A stretch of 64,000 nucleotides of DNA from an uncultured Candidatus Saccharibacteria bacterium (lineage in GTDB: Bacteria; Patescibacteriota; UBA1384; XYA2-FULL-43-10; 1-14-0-10-43-13), in assembly GCA_964419835.1 (NCBI GenBank), contig CAYQPT010000003.1, positions 799 through 64,798 on the forward strand, written 5' to 3'. A model generated the notes under the pieces. The model did no database searches, was not told the DNA's origin, and was given only the letters and a program-made list of their open reading frames with translations. Shown piece by piece: positions 8,192 through 19,718 of this stretch; position 1 is the stretch's first letter, and every line of letters begins with the position of its first letter. Made by a program: the position numbers and the translations under genes.

Positions 8192-11100
8192 ATGGACGAC
8201 AATAACATTGACGAAAACGAAATAATTCCTACAGAAGATTCTGAACAATCAAAAGAGGTTGGATCAGAAGAAGTTTCTGAAAATCCGGCGGATGATGCTG
8301 AGATCATCGAAGAAGTATCAGTTTCTCCTGTGGTTGCAGATAGAGATTCAGGGTCTCCTACCAGCGATCTTATGAGAAACAATACTGTAGAAGAAGATAT
8401 GTTTGTTCCGGAGGTCGGTAATCTGGTTCGCCGTGATCTTACAGTTGAGATGGAAACTTCATACCTAGACTATGCCATGAGCGTCATTGTTTCGCGTGCT
8501 CTTCCGGATGTTAGAGATGGTCTAAAGCCGGTTCATAGACGCGTTCTTTACGCTATGCATGCGACAGGGCTTCATCATTCCTCAAAATACCGTAAATCCG
8601 CCAAAGTTGTAGGTGAGGTTATTGGTAACTACCATCCACATGGTGATGTGGCAGCTTATGATACTTTAGTCCGCTTGGCTCAGGATTTCTCAATGCGTTA
8701 TCCCTTGGTTGACGGTCAGGGAAACTTTGGTTCAATGGATGGCGACTCTGCCGCTGCTATGCGATACACAGAATGTCGAATGTCCTCAATTGCTGAAGAA
8801 ATGGTTGCTGATATAGATAAAGATACCGTTGACTGGCAGGATAACTATGATGGCTCAACGCAAGAGCCGATCGTAATGCCGGCCAGAGTGCCGCAGCTTC
8901 TCCTAAACGGTACTATGGGTATTGCCGTTGGTATGGCAACAAACATTCCGCCTCACAATTTAGGAGAACTTTGCAATGGAATCGGTGCCTTGATTGATAA
9001 TCCTGAAGTTACTGTCGAGGACTTAATGGAGCACATTAAGGGTCCGGATTTTCCTACTGGAGGCGTTATTTACAATAATGAAGATATCAAGATGGCCTAT
9101 GCTACTGGTAAGGGCCGTATTATGATGCGGGCAAAGGCAGATATTGAAGAGGGAAAGCGTGGATTCAAGATTGTAATTACAGAGATTCCATATCAGGTTA
9201 ACAAAGCGACTATGATTGAAAAGATTGCCGATCTTGTGAAGGAAAAGAAAATTGACGGCATTTCAGATCTACGGGATGAATCCGACCGTCACGGTGTTCG
9301 GGTTGTAATCGAGCTTAAAGCTAATTCGTATCCGAAGAAAGTTCTAAACCGCCTTTTCGAATTGACCCAGATGCAGACGGCTTTCCATGTTAACATGCTC
9401 GCCTTAACTCCAGATCTTGAACCGGTCGTGATGACATTAAAAGATGTTCTCTCATATTATATTGAACATAGAAAGAATGTTATTGAGCGGCGAAGTCGAT
9501 ATGAACTAAAGAAGGCAAAAGACCGCGCTCACATACTGGAAGGGCTCCGGATCGCGCTTGATAATATAGATGAAGTAATCAACACTATCCGAGCTTCTGC
9601 AAACAGGGATGAAGCTAAAAAGAATTTAATTGCCAAATTTAAACTCTCAGAGCTCCAAGCTGATGCGATTTTAGATATGCGTCTTTCTGCTTTGGCAGCG
9701 TTGGAGCGAAAAAAGATTGAAGATGAATATGACGAAATTATGAAACGGATTGCCTACTTGGAAGATCTTCTGGCGCATCCGGAAAAAATTCTTTCTCTCA
9801 TCAAGACAGACCTAAAAGAAGTTGCTGATAAATATGGTGATGACAGAAGAACAGCCATTGTCCCTGGTGCTCTTGGTAGCTTCAATGCCGAAGATTTAAT
9901 TCCTGACCAGAAAGTGATTGTCGCATTTTCACGAAGCAATTACATTAAGCGTCAAGAGATTGAAACTTACCGAAAGCAGACAAGAGGCGGCTTCGGTGTT
10001 GTTGGCATGACAACAAAAGAAGAAGACATCGTCGATAATTTGGCTTGTGCCAGTACGCATGATGACATATATTTCTTCTCCAACAAAGGCCGCGTCTTTA
10101 AGAGTAAGGTTTACGAATTACCGGCATCTTCTAGGCAATCTAAAGGCACACCTATCGTAAACATTGTTCAAATCTCCCAAGATGAGAAAGTGACTGCAAT
10201 TTTGACCGTGCCGAAGACAAATAAGAGTAAATTCTTCATTATGGGCACTAAGAATGGACAGATTAAAAAGACTGAAATAGAAAAGTATGAAAATATAAGA
10301 AAAACCGGAATAATCGCTGTTGGACTAAAAGGCGATGACGAGCTAAAATGGGTTAAGATGTCAGGCGGTAAAGACATAATTGTTGAGGTTTCAGTAAAAG
10401 GACAGGCAATTTGCTATCCAGAAACAGATGTCCGTCCAATGGGCAGAAGCGCTTCAGGGGTTACTGGAATGCGTCTGCGTAAGTCTGATCAGGTAATGTC
10501 AATGGACATCGTTCCAGGTGAAATGGCCGGATTTGATAAGCCGACGAATTTCCGCGGGCCCGATATGCTGATTGTTCTTGAGAACGGTTTTGGCAAGCGA
10601 ACAATGCTGAGGAATTTTCACCTCCAAAAACGTGGTGGTATGGGTATTCGCGCTGCAAACTGTACACCGAAGACCGGTAATGTAATTGGCATGCATATTA
10701 CGTACACAGACTTGGGTGATGTTATTCTGGCATCTCAAAAGGGACAATTTATTAGAATGGAACTGGCCAAGATTAAGCGCTTAGGAAGAGATACTCAGGG
10801 AGTAACTCTAATGAAACTACGCGCTGACGATAAAGTTTCATCAGTTGCTCTTATCTTGCCTGACGAAGAAGAAGTGGTGCAGAATGAAATTCCTCTAGAT
10901 TTAAACTCCCCTAAAGCCCCAGAAGAGAAGACGGTAAGGGACAACGGATCTGCAAAATTAGAAAAAACAGAGAAGAAAATAGCAATTAAAGAAAAAAATG
11001 TTTCAAATAAGCCCGATAAAAAAGTAATACAAAGTATGACAAAAGATATTCCAACCAAAGACAAAAAGGAAAATGAGACTGAATCTAAATTCAAAGTCAA

Positions 11101-11236
11101 TTATTACGAGCCAAAGAAAGATGAAAAAATGGTTGAAGCATCAGAAGATGACTCTAAAATAGATTTTCATACTAAGAAATTACCCGAAAATCCCCCAATT
11201 ATTAAAGATGACACGAACTACTGGGGCGCGAAATAA
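8192..11236 (+). CDS. gyrA: DNA gyrase subunit A with acidic N-terminal and charged C-terminal extensions
   Basis: [22 protein letters not shown], catalytic AAAMRYTE, GyrA-box QTRGGFG. Confidence 0.97.
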   Translation: MDDNNIDENEIIPTEDSEQSKEVGSEEVSENPADDAEIIEEVSVSPVVADRDSGSPTSDLMRNNTVEEDMFVPEVGNLVRRDLTVEMETSYLDYAMSVIVSRALPDVRDGLKPVHRRVLYAMHATGLHHSSKYRKSAKVVGEVIGNYHPHGDVAAYDTLVRLAQDFSMRYPLVDGQGNFGSMDGDSAAAMRYTECRMSSIAEEMVADIDKDTVDWQDNYDGSTQEPIVMPARVPQLLLNGTMGIAVGMATNIPPHNLGELCNGIGALIDNPEVTVEDLMEHIKGPDFPTGGVIYNNEDIKMAYATGKGRIMMRAKADIEEGKRGFKIVITEIPYQVNKATMIEKIADLVKEKKIDGISDLRDESDRHGVRVVIELKANSYPKKVLNRLFELTQMQTAFHVNMLALTPDLEPVVMTLKDVLSYYIEHRKNVIERRSRYELKKAKDRAHILEGLRIALDNIDEVINTIRASANRDEAKKNLIAKFKLSELQADAILDMRLSALAALERKKIEDEYDEIMKRIAYLEDLLAHPEKILSLIKTDLKEVADKYGDDRRTAIVPGALGSFNAEDLIPDQKVIVAFSRSNYIKRQEIETYRKQTRGGFGVVGMTTKEEDIVDNLACASTHDDIYFFSNKGRVFKSKVYELPASSRQSKGTPIVNIVQISQDEKVTAILTVPKTNKSKFFIMGTKNGQIKKTEIEKYENIRKTGIIAVGLKGDDELKWVKMSGGKDIIVEVSVKGQAICYPETDVRPMGRSASGVTGMRLRKSDQVMSMDIVPGEMAGFDKPTNFRGPDMLIVLENGFGKRTMLRNFHLQKRGGMGIRAANCTPKTGNVIGMHITYTDLGDVILASQKGQFIRMELAKIKRLGRDTQGVTLMKLRADDKVSSVALILPDEEEVVQNEIPLDLNSPKAPEEKTVRDNGSAKLEKTEKKIAIKEKNVSNKPDKKVIQSMTKDIPTKDKKENETESKFKVNYYEPKKDEKMVEASEDDSKIDFHTKKLPENPPIIKDDTNYWGAK

Positions 11237-11328
11237 ACATAGAATCAAGTATTTTGAATTACGAATTATGGCAGAGTTACTATTATATTGAATTGATAGC
11301 GCCGAATTAGTGTTATCTATAATTCGGG

Positions 11329-11357
11329 TTGCTTTTAGAACTATTTTTCAGTATAAT
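11329..11357 (+). promoter_or_regulatory. infB promoter
   Basis: TTGCTT-17 nt-TATAAT. Confidence 0.65.
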
Positions 11358-11438
11358 AAAAGGCACAGTTATTGATCGCCGAAGTTTAAGCAGCCAGAAA
11401 CACCATTATTCATTATTCCATATTCATAATTCCATCCT

Positions 11439-13337
11439 ATGGCCCGATTCCAAAAAAGAAAATTGAGCAAGAAAGAACAAAAGGCAGTGGACAAAAATGG
11501 CCCACAGCTTACTTTTGAGGAGAGAAAAGCTCAAAAGGAAGCTTCGGCCGAGCCAAAAGCAAAAAAACAAGTCCACATTCCAAATGTAATCTCAGTAAAA
11601 GATTTTGCAGAAATTTCTGGTTTACCTGTAACTCAGGTTATCACTGTTCTGATGAAGAATGGTATTTTGGCAACAATTAATGAAACAATTGACTTTGAAA
11701 CAGCTGCCATCGTTGGAGATGACTTGGGTCTTGAAATCATTCCGTCTGAAGAAGAGGAAGCAGAAGGCAAGCAGATAGAAGAAAAAGTGGAGAATAAAAA
11801 CTTAGTTCATCGTCCGCCAGTTGTTACTATTATGGGCCATGTTGACCACGGAAAGACAACTCTTTTAGACCAGATCCGTTCCGCTCATGTCGCTGAAGGT
11901 GAGTCAGGCGGTATAACTCAACACATTTCCGCGTATCAAGTTACGCTAAAAGACACTAAGAATAAAAACTTAAAGAATAGAACTATTACTTTTATTGACA
12001 CTCCCGGCCATGCTGCTTTTTCGGCCATGCGGGAGCACGGTTCGGCGATCACTGACATTGTTGTCCTAATTATCGCCGTAACTGACGGTGTTATGCCGCA
12101 AACAATTGAGGTAATCAAACAAGCTCAGGGAAATAATGTACCAATCATTGTGGCTATTAATAAAGTTGATGTGCCTGATGCCGATATAATGAAAACCAAA
12201 CAACAGCTCTCCGAATATGATCTTGTGCCAGAGGAGTGGGGCGGAAAAACTGTTATGTCGGAAATATCCGCTAAGACAGGCAAGGGCGTTGATGATCTTT
12301 TGGAGCTTATTCTTTTGCAAGCCGATTTAATGGAGCTAAAAGCTGATCCGAAAGAGGATGCGCTTGGAATTGTCATTGAATCACACATGCAAAAAGGCGC
12401 TGGTGCCATGGCGTTGGCTTTAATTGAAAATGGAACATTACGAAAAGGCGACGCCGTCGCGATTGGCGCTTCGTTCGGCCGAATTAGAATTCTTGAAGAC
12501 ACGCTGGGCAAACCGGTTGAAAGCGCGGGTCCAAGTTTCCCCGTTCTTCTCGCTGGATTGAAGTCACTACCAAACTTTGGCGATCGGCTTTTGGCATTTA
12601 AAAATGAAAAAGCTGCCCGTGAGACAGCTCAGAAATATCAGAGAGCAGATGTTAAGATTAAAATTGCAACTGCCAGAAAATATTCTAAAGAAGGTGCTGC
12701 GGCAGAAAACATTGAAAAAGCTTTTGATTACAACATCATACTAAAGACTGACGTTCATGGCTCGCTTGAAGCAGTTAAAAAACTTCTTTCAGAGATTAAA
12801 TCGCAGGAAGCTCAAATTCAAATCATCTCTGAAGGAGTTGGCGCTATCTCGGAGTCGGATGTTACTTTGGCGAAGGCAACCGGTGCCCATATTATTGGCT
12901 TTAGAGTTAAAGGACTGGACGCTGCCAGAAAGATTGCCGAAAAAGAAAAAGTCACAATCCAATTATTTGAAATCATTTATGAACTGATCGATACAATTAA
13001 AAGAGATATCGGAAAGATGCTTCCGCCCGAAGTTATTGAGGAAGAGTTAGGCAAAGGTGACGTACTCGGCATTTTCCGCGATGACAGAAAAGGTTTTGTA
13101 GCAGGTGGCAAGATTGAAAAAGGCAAGCTCACGGTTGGTGACGAGATTAAAATATTTCAAAATGACAATGAAAAATATAGAGCCAAGATTGTTTCTCTTC
13201 GAAAAGAAAAAAGTGAGGTTAAAGAGTGTGAATCCGGTTCAGAATGTGGCTTTGGTATGCCGGCCGGCGCAAATGTGGCAGTAGGGGACACCTTCGTTGC
13301 TTTCAAAACAATCCACAAAGAACGCGTCATTGAATAG
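11439..13337 (+). CDS. infB: Translation initiation factor IF-2 (short form)
   Basis: [32 protein letters not shown]. Confidence 0.97.
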   Translation: MARFQKRKLSKKEQKAVDKNGPQLTFEERKAQKEASAEPKAKKQVHIPNVISVKDFAEISGLPVTQVITVLMKNGILATINETIDFETAAIVGDDLGLEIIPSEEEEAEGKQIEEKVENKNLVHRPPVVTIMGHVDHGKTTLLDQIRSAHVAEGESGGITQHISAYQVTLKDTKNKNLKNRTITFIDTPGHAAFSAMREHGSAITDIVVLIIAVTDGVMPQTIEVIKQAQGNNVPIIVAINKVDVPDADIMKTKQQLSEYDLVPEEWGGKTVMSEISAKTGKGVDDLLELILLQADLMELKADPKEDALGIVIESHMQKGAGAMALALIENGTLRKGDAVAIGASFGRIRILEDTLGKPVESAGPSFPVLLAGLKSLPNFGDRLLAFKNEKAARETAQKYQRADVKIKIATARKYSKEGAAAENIEKAFDYNIILKTDVHGSLEAVKKLLSEIKSQEAQIQIISEGVGAISESDVTLAKATGAHIIGFRVKGLDAARKIAEKEKVTIQLFEIIYELIDTIKRDIGKMLPPEVIEEELGKGDVLGIFRDDRKGFVAGGKIEKGKLTVGDEIKIFQNDNEKYRAKIVSLRKEKSEVKECESGSECGFGMPAGANVAVGDTFVAFKTIHKERVIE

Positions 13338-13452
13338 CATTCGTGGTCTTTATAGTACTAAAAATTTGTGTGCCATTGGCAGACATTTTTATTTTCTAGG
13401 AACTGCTGTACAATATAAGTATTAAATAATGTTCTAAAAAATGGAGGGTGAT

Positions 13453-14781
13453 ATGAAAAAAATTGGAGCAATGCTTTTTATAGGCATTTTTTCGTTGATG
13501 ACTTTTTGGGGGACAGCGAGTGCCGGCCCATCGGTTGACCAAAGCAACACAAAAATTGAAGATGCCTCAGCTTCCCTGTTGATGGATGCGCCTTATTATA
13601 GGGCTCAAACTTTCCGTCCCGACAGGCAGCATATAGATCAGATAGATATCTATTTAAAAGATAGAGCAGAGGGATCATGGGCACAGATTTATCTTTATAA
13701 TGAAACTAATCATCTAGAGATTGCTAATGTAGGTCATAGGATGGCCGCGGGAACTGGTTGGGAGACCTATCCTCTAAATGTTGACGTAACAGTAGGAGCG
13801 AGATACAGAATTAAACTAGTTGTTAATGCTTCAGGTGTTAAATGGCCTTTTACTACCGGGAATGTTTATATTCGGGGATCATTGTACTACGAAGAAAACA
13901 CTTATTATAGTGGAGCTGATTTTATATTTAGGACTTGGGGCACTGATCCCGTTGAGATGGTTGAGGAGCAAATCATTCCAGAGGACGGAACAGATGAGCC
14001 CGGAACGCCCGGAACGCCAGCGTCCATCCCTGGAACTGCTGAAGGGATAACCGTAGTGGCGGAAACTCCGACAGCGACAGTTGCAACATCAATCGCCAAA
14101 CCAACCGAATTAACCGCCGCTTACACCGATAGCGCAAAACTGACATGGAAAGCATCGACTACTACCGATATCACCGGTTACATCGTCTTCCGATCTGAAA
14201 CCAAGGGAAAGGGGTATACAAAGATAGCAGATGTGGCAAAAAATATATTAGAATATACTGACACAACAGCCGCTGCGTCAAAAACCTACTACTATGTTGT
14301 CAGGGCGGTAAAAGGGACAGTGCAGTCTGCCAGTTCCAATGAAGCAACAGTAGTTGTACCAGCGACCGCTCCGCCAATTGCTCCTCAAAATTTAAAAGTA
14401 AATTTGGTCCAAAGTTCATCCATAAATGTAACTTGGGATAAAAATCCAGAAGAAAATATTTCAGGATATACTTGCACCATTTCTCTCGAAGGCAAAGAGG
14501 TGGAAGTAAAAAATATCGGAGCGGATGACAATAATTGTCTTTTCTCTAATCTGATACCTGACGCAGATTACAAAATTGCCGTTATCGCCAAGAATTCATT
14601 GGGAGAATCCTCATCTCCTTCAGAGATAACACAAAAGACCGCTTTAGAAACTGTTGTCCAGAAAGAGCCAATATTGCCTTTGCTTCTCTGGGTGCTCCTA
14701 TCCTTTGCCGCCGCTCTTACAATAGTTCTAATGATAATGATCTGCCGCAGACATAAAAAAGCTAAACAGCAGTCAGTTTAA
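13453..14781 (+). CDS. Surface protein with two fibronectin type III domains, signal peptide and C-terminal TM anchor
   Basis: LTW...GYIVFRS...YYYVVRAV and VTW...GY...YKIAVIAKN FN3 patterns; Pro/Thr linker; hydrophobic tail followed by RRHKK. Confidence 0.8.
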   Translation: MKKIGAMLFIGIFSLMTFWGTASAGPSVDQSNTKIEDASASLLMDAPYYRAQTFRPDRQHIDQIDIYLKDRAEGSWAQIYLYNETNHLEIANVGHRMAAGTGWETYPLNVDVTVGARYRIKLVVNASGVKWPFTTGNVYIRGSLYYEENTYYSGADFIFRTWGTDPVEMVEEQIIPEDGTDEPGTPGTPASIPGTAEGITVVAETPTATVATSIAKPTELTAAYTDSAKLTWKASTTTDITGYIVFRSETKGKGYTKIADVAKNILEYTDTTAAASKTYYYVVRAVKGTVQSASSNEATVVVPATAPPIAPQNLKVNLVQSSSINVTWDKNPEENISGYTCTISLEGKEVEVKNIGADDNNCLFSNLIPDADYKIAVIAKNSLGESSSPSEITQKTALETVVQKEPILPLLLWVLLSFAAALTIVLMIMICRRHKKAKQQSV

Positions 14782-14795
14782 CTTAAGTTTACAAT

Positions 14796-15887
14796 ATGTC
14801 AGAAAAAATAAATAATATCCTACACAGGTTTTTTGCTTTTGTCGTTCGAAGAAAATTACTCTGCGTCCTACTGGTGGTATTGTGTTGTTCTTTGTTTGCT
14901 GCCAAAGTATCGATTTCGGCGCAAAATATTGGCGCCGGTGAAGCCGTCTCAAAAATATCAAAAGCAATCACCATGGGATCGCTGGCGCCGATTACTGGAC
15001 CGGGGGAGAAGAATGAAAGCAGTGTAGATACTGATAATACAACCGAGAATACCTCATCTTCTACCCCATTGTCAGTAGGGAAGTCAAACAGCACAACCGG
15101 AATCACAAGTTCATCCAACACTTCCTCGACAACACCTCCTAATTCATCTTCTGGATCTTCTGGCTCCAACCCCAGTTCCCCTGCTTTGCCGGTTGACGAA
15201 ACGCCATCAGCAGTTGTGGCTTTTTATGCTGATAACCAGTCGGACACAGACGCCGAGGATGAAAATCACCTGAGAGTTGTTGATTATATCTTAGCAACTG
15301 GTGCTAATCCGGTATTTCACGCTGGTGATTTAATGGAAGACGGGACACAGGATAGTTTAAACCGCTTTAATGCGGTGACAGGAACAATGCGTTCGAGCCG
15401 GTCTTTCTATGCCGCATTGGGTAATAACGACCGCAAATACGGCGACTCTTCCACCCCATCGTCACTGTTTTTGAACAACTTTGTTTTCCCGAACAACGAA
15501 CAATGGTATTCAGTAAATGTTGGCAATCTGCACATGGTCGTTTTGGACAGCGCTTTCTCTAGAAGCAGCACTACTCAGCGTAATTGGCTTATCGCTGATC
15601 TGCAGAGCGCGTCTTCCCAATCAAAAGTAACGGGCGTAATGTATCATCACCCTGATTTTTCAGCAGATATTTCACAGTATCTTACAGATAATGGCGTTGA
15701 TTTCGTTATTTCGGGACACACCCATTCCTATACACATGCGATTTCCGGTGGAGTTCACTATTTTGTGACAAGCGGACAGCCGGGGATAGGGTATCTTTTA
15801 GCAAGAATCTATCAAGATAATGTTTCAATCTCGTACTACAATAGTAGTAATAGCGTAGTTGAAACATTCAATTTTAACGAGAGATAA
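14796..15887 (+). CDS. Membrane-anchored calcineurin-like metallophosphoesterase with Ser/Thr-rich linker
   Basis: ADNQ, AGDL, GNND, HHP and SGHTH motifs. Confidence 0.8.
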   Translation: MSEKINNILHRFFAFVVRRKLLCVLLVVLCCSLFAAKVSISAQNIGAGEAVSKISKAITMGSLAPITGPGEKNESSVDTDNTTENTSSSTPLSVGKSNSTTGITSSSNTSSTTPPNSSSGSSGSNPSSPALPVDETPSAVVAFYADNQSDTDAEDENHLRVVDYILATGANPVFHAGDLMEDGTQDSLNRFNAVTGTMRSSRSFYAALGNNDRKYGDSSTPSSLFLNNFVFPNNEQWYSVNVGNLHMVVLDSAFSRSSTTQRNWLIADLQSASSQSKVTGVMYHHPDFSADISQYLTDNGVDFVISGHTHSYTHAISGGVHYFVTSGQPGIGYLLARIYQDNVSISYYNSSNSVVETFNFNER

Positions 15888-15891
15888 TTGT

Positions 15892-16395
15892 TTAAATATT
15901 TCTACTGTCATACGCCCAGTGAAGTACTGCCTGGCGTTGTTTTGGTCTGCAGGACAGATCCTTTGATCGACAGTTTCTTTTTATTTGGGCGATATGGCGA
16001 TTGATTGCTTTCCATCGCTTAATTTGCCGCGCGTCTTCTTTCGGAATTCTTCTCCCCATGTAGTATCGGCAGTACCACTGGAACCATCCGCGCGGGTCCT
16101 CTTCATATATCCAGCCGTTTTTTCTCCAAACAAATAGAGGTTGGCTGGCGTTTACTTTAAAATAGTTTAAATTTGAGTCGTGTTTCTCGGGGCATAATTT
16201 GGCATTATTAAACCAATCTTTGGGAAACTCATCTTTACAATCGGTCATATATTTTCCACCAAACACGCCCAGTTCGAGCATTTCTTTGGGAGTCAAATCG
16301 GGCTTAAATTCCGGATCAAAGTTTCTTCCCATTGGCTCGGAAAGTATATAGGAATAACCCTTCTGCATTTTGTCATTTATAACGACTTTTTTCAT
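15892..16395 (-). CDS. Conserved hypothetical protein
   Basis: Protein-like Trp/Tyr-rich sequence (TPKEMLELGVFGG, DPRGWFQWYCRYYMGRR); function not assigned. Confidence 0.75.
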   Translation of the reverse strand: MKKVVINDKMQKGYSYILSEPMGRNFDPEFKPDLTPKEMLELGVFGGKYMTDCKDEFPKDWFNNAKLCPEKHDSNLNYFKVNASQPLFVWRKNGWIYEEDPRGWFQWYCRYYMGRRIPKEDARQIKRWKAINRHIAQIKRNCRSKDLSCRPKQRQAVLHWAYDSRNI

Positions 16396-16719
16396 TGCAT
16401 ATTACGATTATAGACCAACCAAAAACCTGTGTCATATAGCATTTTAATGCATAATTGTGGATAAGTACGAACATAAACCGAACATAAGATTATCACAATC
16501 TGATCTTAAAATTAATCATGAGCATAAACATTTTGCGTGACATTGTGGATAAGCCAGATACATCGCGAAAAAATAAAAGCAATAGAATATAATTGTTGTA
16601 AAAATAGTTTAAAAATTAACTGTAAGGATAAAAGGAGCGTTGCTTGCTAAATAAGTTTGGCATTTCTATTATTAGATATGGTAAAATGTAATTGAAAACA
16701 ATTCTTTAGGAGGACTAAA

Positions 16720-17434
16720 GTGAAAAAAGGATTTACATTACTGGAATTGCTTATAGTCATTGCTATTATTGGTATTTTGGCCACGATCATTACTTTAAAT
16801 GTGGCTAACGCTAAAGACAGCGCCAAAAAAGCCAAAGCAATTTCCGACCTTGATACAATTGCGAAGATGGAAGAATATTACAAAAGCCAGAATACCACTC
16901 AAAAATATACAATAAGTCGCAGTGAATATTCTTGTGATATTTATCTCCCGGTTGAAGAGTTGTCAACAATTTCCCTCTACAGGAAAACAAATGGTTGGTT
17001 TGGGGTATATCGAAAGAATGCCGACTTATTTTGATAAGGATGGAAACGAGCAAGAGTACGCATATTCAAGTAAAGACGGAAGCTCCTTTATTATCGAAGC
17101 AGCCGATGTAACAAATCAGACGGAATTGCTTCGGGTAACTCCCTCGGGTTTAGTTAAAGAGGGCGCTAATCAGTCAATTACTCAGACAGATGCACTATGC
17201 AGAGCGTTTGATACAAATGGAGATGGTATTTTAAGGTCTGATATAAATGAGTGGAATGCGACACAAGCGACTATGCATGCTTGTCGCGTTTATCCTTTGA
17301 CGGATGAATGCAAAAAGTTTGACATGAATAAAGATGACACAATTGACTCTATAGATGCCATCATGCTCTTTAATTTTATACAAGCTGCTTCTTCCTCCTA
17401 TATTGACACAAACTGCAGTCAACTGGGATACTAA
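16720..17434 (+). pseudogene. Type IV pilin/pseudopilin-like protein with C-terminal dockerin/EF-hand-like repeats, split by a +1 frameshift near 16960
   Basis: KKGFTLLELLIVIAIIGILA prepilin motif in 16720-17034; overlapping ORF 16922-17434 carries DTNGDG and DMNKDDTIDSIDA. Confidence 0.7.
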
Positions 17435-17716
17435 CAGTTTTTCGGGGCAGCAAAAGAGAGAGCCCGTATGCTGCGACTCTCCCGATTAGATCGATCAAAA
17501 GATTGCTCCTCTAAAAAATCGTAATCTGTATCTATATAGTACTCCTGCCACAGACCCTGTCAATGACGGGAGGGATGAGGTATTTTTTAGTATATTTGCA
17601 ATCTCATCTATTAAAATAGAACCTTTTTTTGCGAGGCCGTCTTTATCTTTTTCCTAATTCATGTAATTATACAGTTAGCCCAGCGGGGCAATTCCAACTT
17701 GAAAGGTGGCAATCCA

Positions 17717-19147
17717 ATGTCGAAGAAGTCAAAAGGATTCCCAGTTCTGTTTCAGGCTGGGATGGGATCGAGAGTTTCAAGCTGGGTGATGGCCCGCATA
17801 GTTTCTATGCTGGGTGCACTCGGCGTTGTCTCTTCTGTCGGACTGCGCACAGTCATGATCGAGGAGGTTAGGCGAGGCAACCAAAAGGTGATCGAGATGG
17901 CCAAGAGGTTTCCATTTCCTGGCCATATCGAAGAGTTGCTGGCATTTGCCAAGGGATGCAAGTGGCACAAAAAGCCAGTCCCAATGGACCAGTTCGGTCC
18001 AAAAGGCGAGCTTGCCAAACGGCTGTCTACGATAGCCGCGTTCATTGAAGTGTCCTTGGCAAAAGAGGGGCACAACGGTCTGATCGGGATCAATGTGATG
18101 TGGAAGCTGCCGCTGACGGTGCTGCCGGTGATATACGGCGCAATGCTTGCAGGCGTCAATATCATCATTGCCGGGGCAGGGGTCCCGATGGAGCTACCAG
18201 CTATTGTCGAGGCAATCCGATCCGGTCAAGACCTGGCTTTCAAACTGGGGACGGACGCGGAATTCACTTTGCGGATTGTTCCTGGAACTTCTGAGCTCAT
18301 AAGCTCGCGTGACAGGCCGAAGCTGGCACCGATTTTGTCCAACTTTGTGTTTTGCAGAAAACTCAAGGATGGATGGAAAGAGAAATACGGCGTCGAGCCG
18401 GATTTCTTCATTCTTGAGGACTACAAGGCAGGCGGCCACAATGCTCCACCTCGTAACAAGGAAGTGCATTCCGTTGAGAAAGACGGGATCGACAGCTACT
18501 TCGACGAAGTCGTAGAGCTGGGAATTCCGGTGGTCGTCGCAGGCGCATTTGAGCACGGCGGAACACGGGCAGATCTGCTTTACTGGCAGAAGAGGGGCGC
18601 TCATGGGATCCAGGTCGGATCCCGGTTTGCTCTTTCTTCTGATTCAGGAATGCTCGAGATCTACCGTCATCAGATCCTTGAGCTCAACAAAGCAGGCAAG
18701 CTGGAGATAATAACCCGCATGTCGGACTCACCAACGGGTTATCCGATCAAGATGGCGGTCCTTCAAGGTACTCTAGCCGATCCCGAGATCTACCGTGCAC
18801 GCAGGCGTGCTTGCAAACAAGGGTACCTTCGTGAGGTGCACACCTATACTGACGAGTCTGGCCAGGAGGTCCAAGTACTGTCTTGTAAGGCCATGCCTCT
18901 TGATCAGTATATGGCCCTAAATCCAGACAAGACCAGAGAGCAGTGCGAGGAGGACTCTGACGGTAAGGTCTGTCTGTGCGACGGACTCTTGGGTGCGATT
19001 GGGTTCAAGGCCGTACCAGCGTACATAACGTTGGGCGAAAGTGGGAGGATACCAACTGAGGAAGAGTCTGCCCGGGAGATTGCCCTAGAGATTCTGACTC
19101 CGAGGGACGACGAGGATACAGGGATTGACCTACGACTTGCCGCCTAA
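17717..19147 (+). CDS. Nitronate monooxygenase/FabK-like FMN-dependent oxidoreductase
   Basis: FQAGMG, GINVMWK, AGAGVP, AGGHNAPPR, QVGSRF, SPTGYP and CLC motifs; RBS gaaaggtgg. Confidence 0.8.
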   Translation: MSKKSKGFPVLFQAGMGSRVSSWVMARIVSMLGALGVVSSVGLRTVMIEEVRRGNQKVIEMAKRFPFPGHIEELLAFAKGCKWHKKPVPMDQFGPKGELAKRLSTIAAFIEVSLAKEGHNGLIGINVMWKLPLTVLPVIYGAMLAGVNIIIAGAGVPMELPAIVEAIRSGQDLAFKLGTDAEFTLRIVPGTSELISSRDRPKLAPILSNFVFCRKLKDGWKEKYGVEPDFFILEDYKAGGHNAPPRNKEVHSVEKDGIDSYFDEVVELGIPVVVAGAFEHGGTRADLLYWQKRGAHGIQVGSRFALSSDSGMLEIYRHQILELNKAGKLEIITRMSDSPTGYPIKMAVLQGTLADPEIYRARRRACKQGYLREVHTYTDESGQEVQVLSCKAMPLDQYMALNPDKTREQCEEDSDGKVCLCDGLLGAIGFKAVPAYITLGESGRIPTEEESAREIALEILTPRDDEDTGIDLRLAA

Positions 19148-19163
19148 GGCAGATCGTATTTCC

Positions 19164-19199
19164 AGAGCCGGCCGCTGATTGTGGCCGGACTCTTTTTTT
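19164..19199 (+). terminator. Intrinsic terminator
   Basis: agagccggccgc...gtggccggactct followed by a T run. Confidence 0.8.
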
Positions 19200-19220
19200 A
19201 AATTATAAATATTTATTATT

Positions 19221-19556
19221 TTACTTTTTAATTGCCAGCCATTTCCAGAGTGCGGCAAGAGCAAAAATCAGTGCAAAAAATGACAAGATTGCGTTGAAAA
19301 CCATTATCACTGAGAATGTTTTTGCCCACCAGGGCCAAGTCAGCTTGGTATTTTGTTCAGCATTGGCGGTGGCATTCGTCTGTTGCTGCTGTTGGACTGT
19401 CTTTTTCTGTTGCTGGCTTTGAAGATAGCTGTTTAAGGCGTCTGTCTTGGGATCTGTTTCGGCCGCAAAAACATTTGATGATATCGGCCAAAATATTGGA
19501 AGTGCACCAATCAGTAAAAGTGCCGACGCAAATAAACTTACTAATAATTTTCTCAT
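19221..19556 (-). CDS. Small signal-peptide plus C-terminal TM protein, Gln-rich
   Basis: Signal peptide ending VFAA, hydrophobic C-terminal helix, RBS aaaggaga. Confidence 0.7.
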   Translation of the reverse strand: MRKLLVSLFASALLLIGALPIFWPISSNVFAAETDPKTDALNSYLQSQQQKKTVQQQQQTNATANAEQNTKLTWPWWAKTFSVIMVFNAILSFFALIFALAALWKWLAIKK

Positions 19557-19718
19557 TCAATCTCCTTTTATTACTTGCCGAAAGAGTAGCAGAGTGCTTT
19601 CTTGGATTCATTGGGTGAGATAACAAAAATACTTCAACTTCAAAATATATCATTTGATGTTGAGAAAAAAATAATTTTAGTTTATCTTGTAGATGAATTA
19701 CTAAAAGAAAGGTTAATT

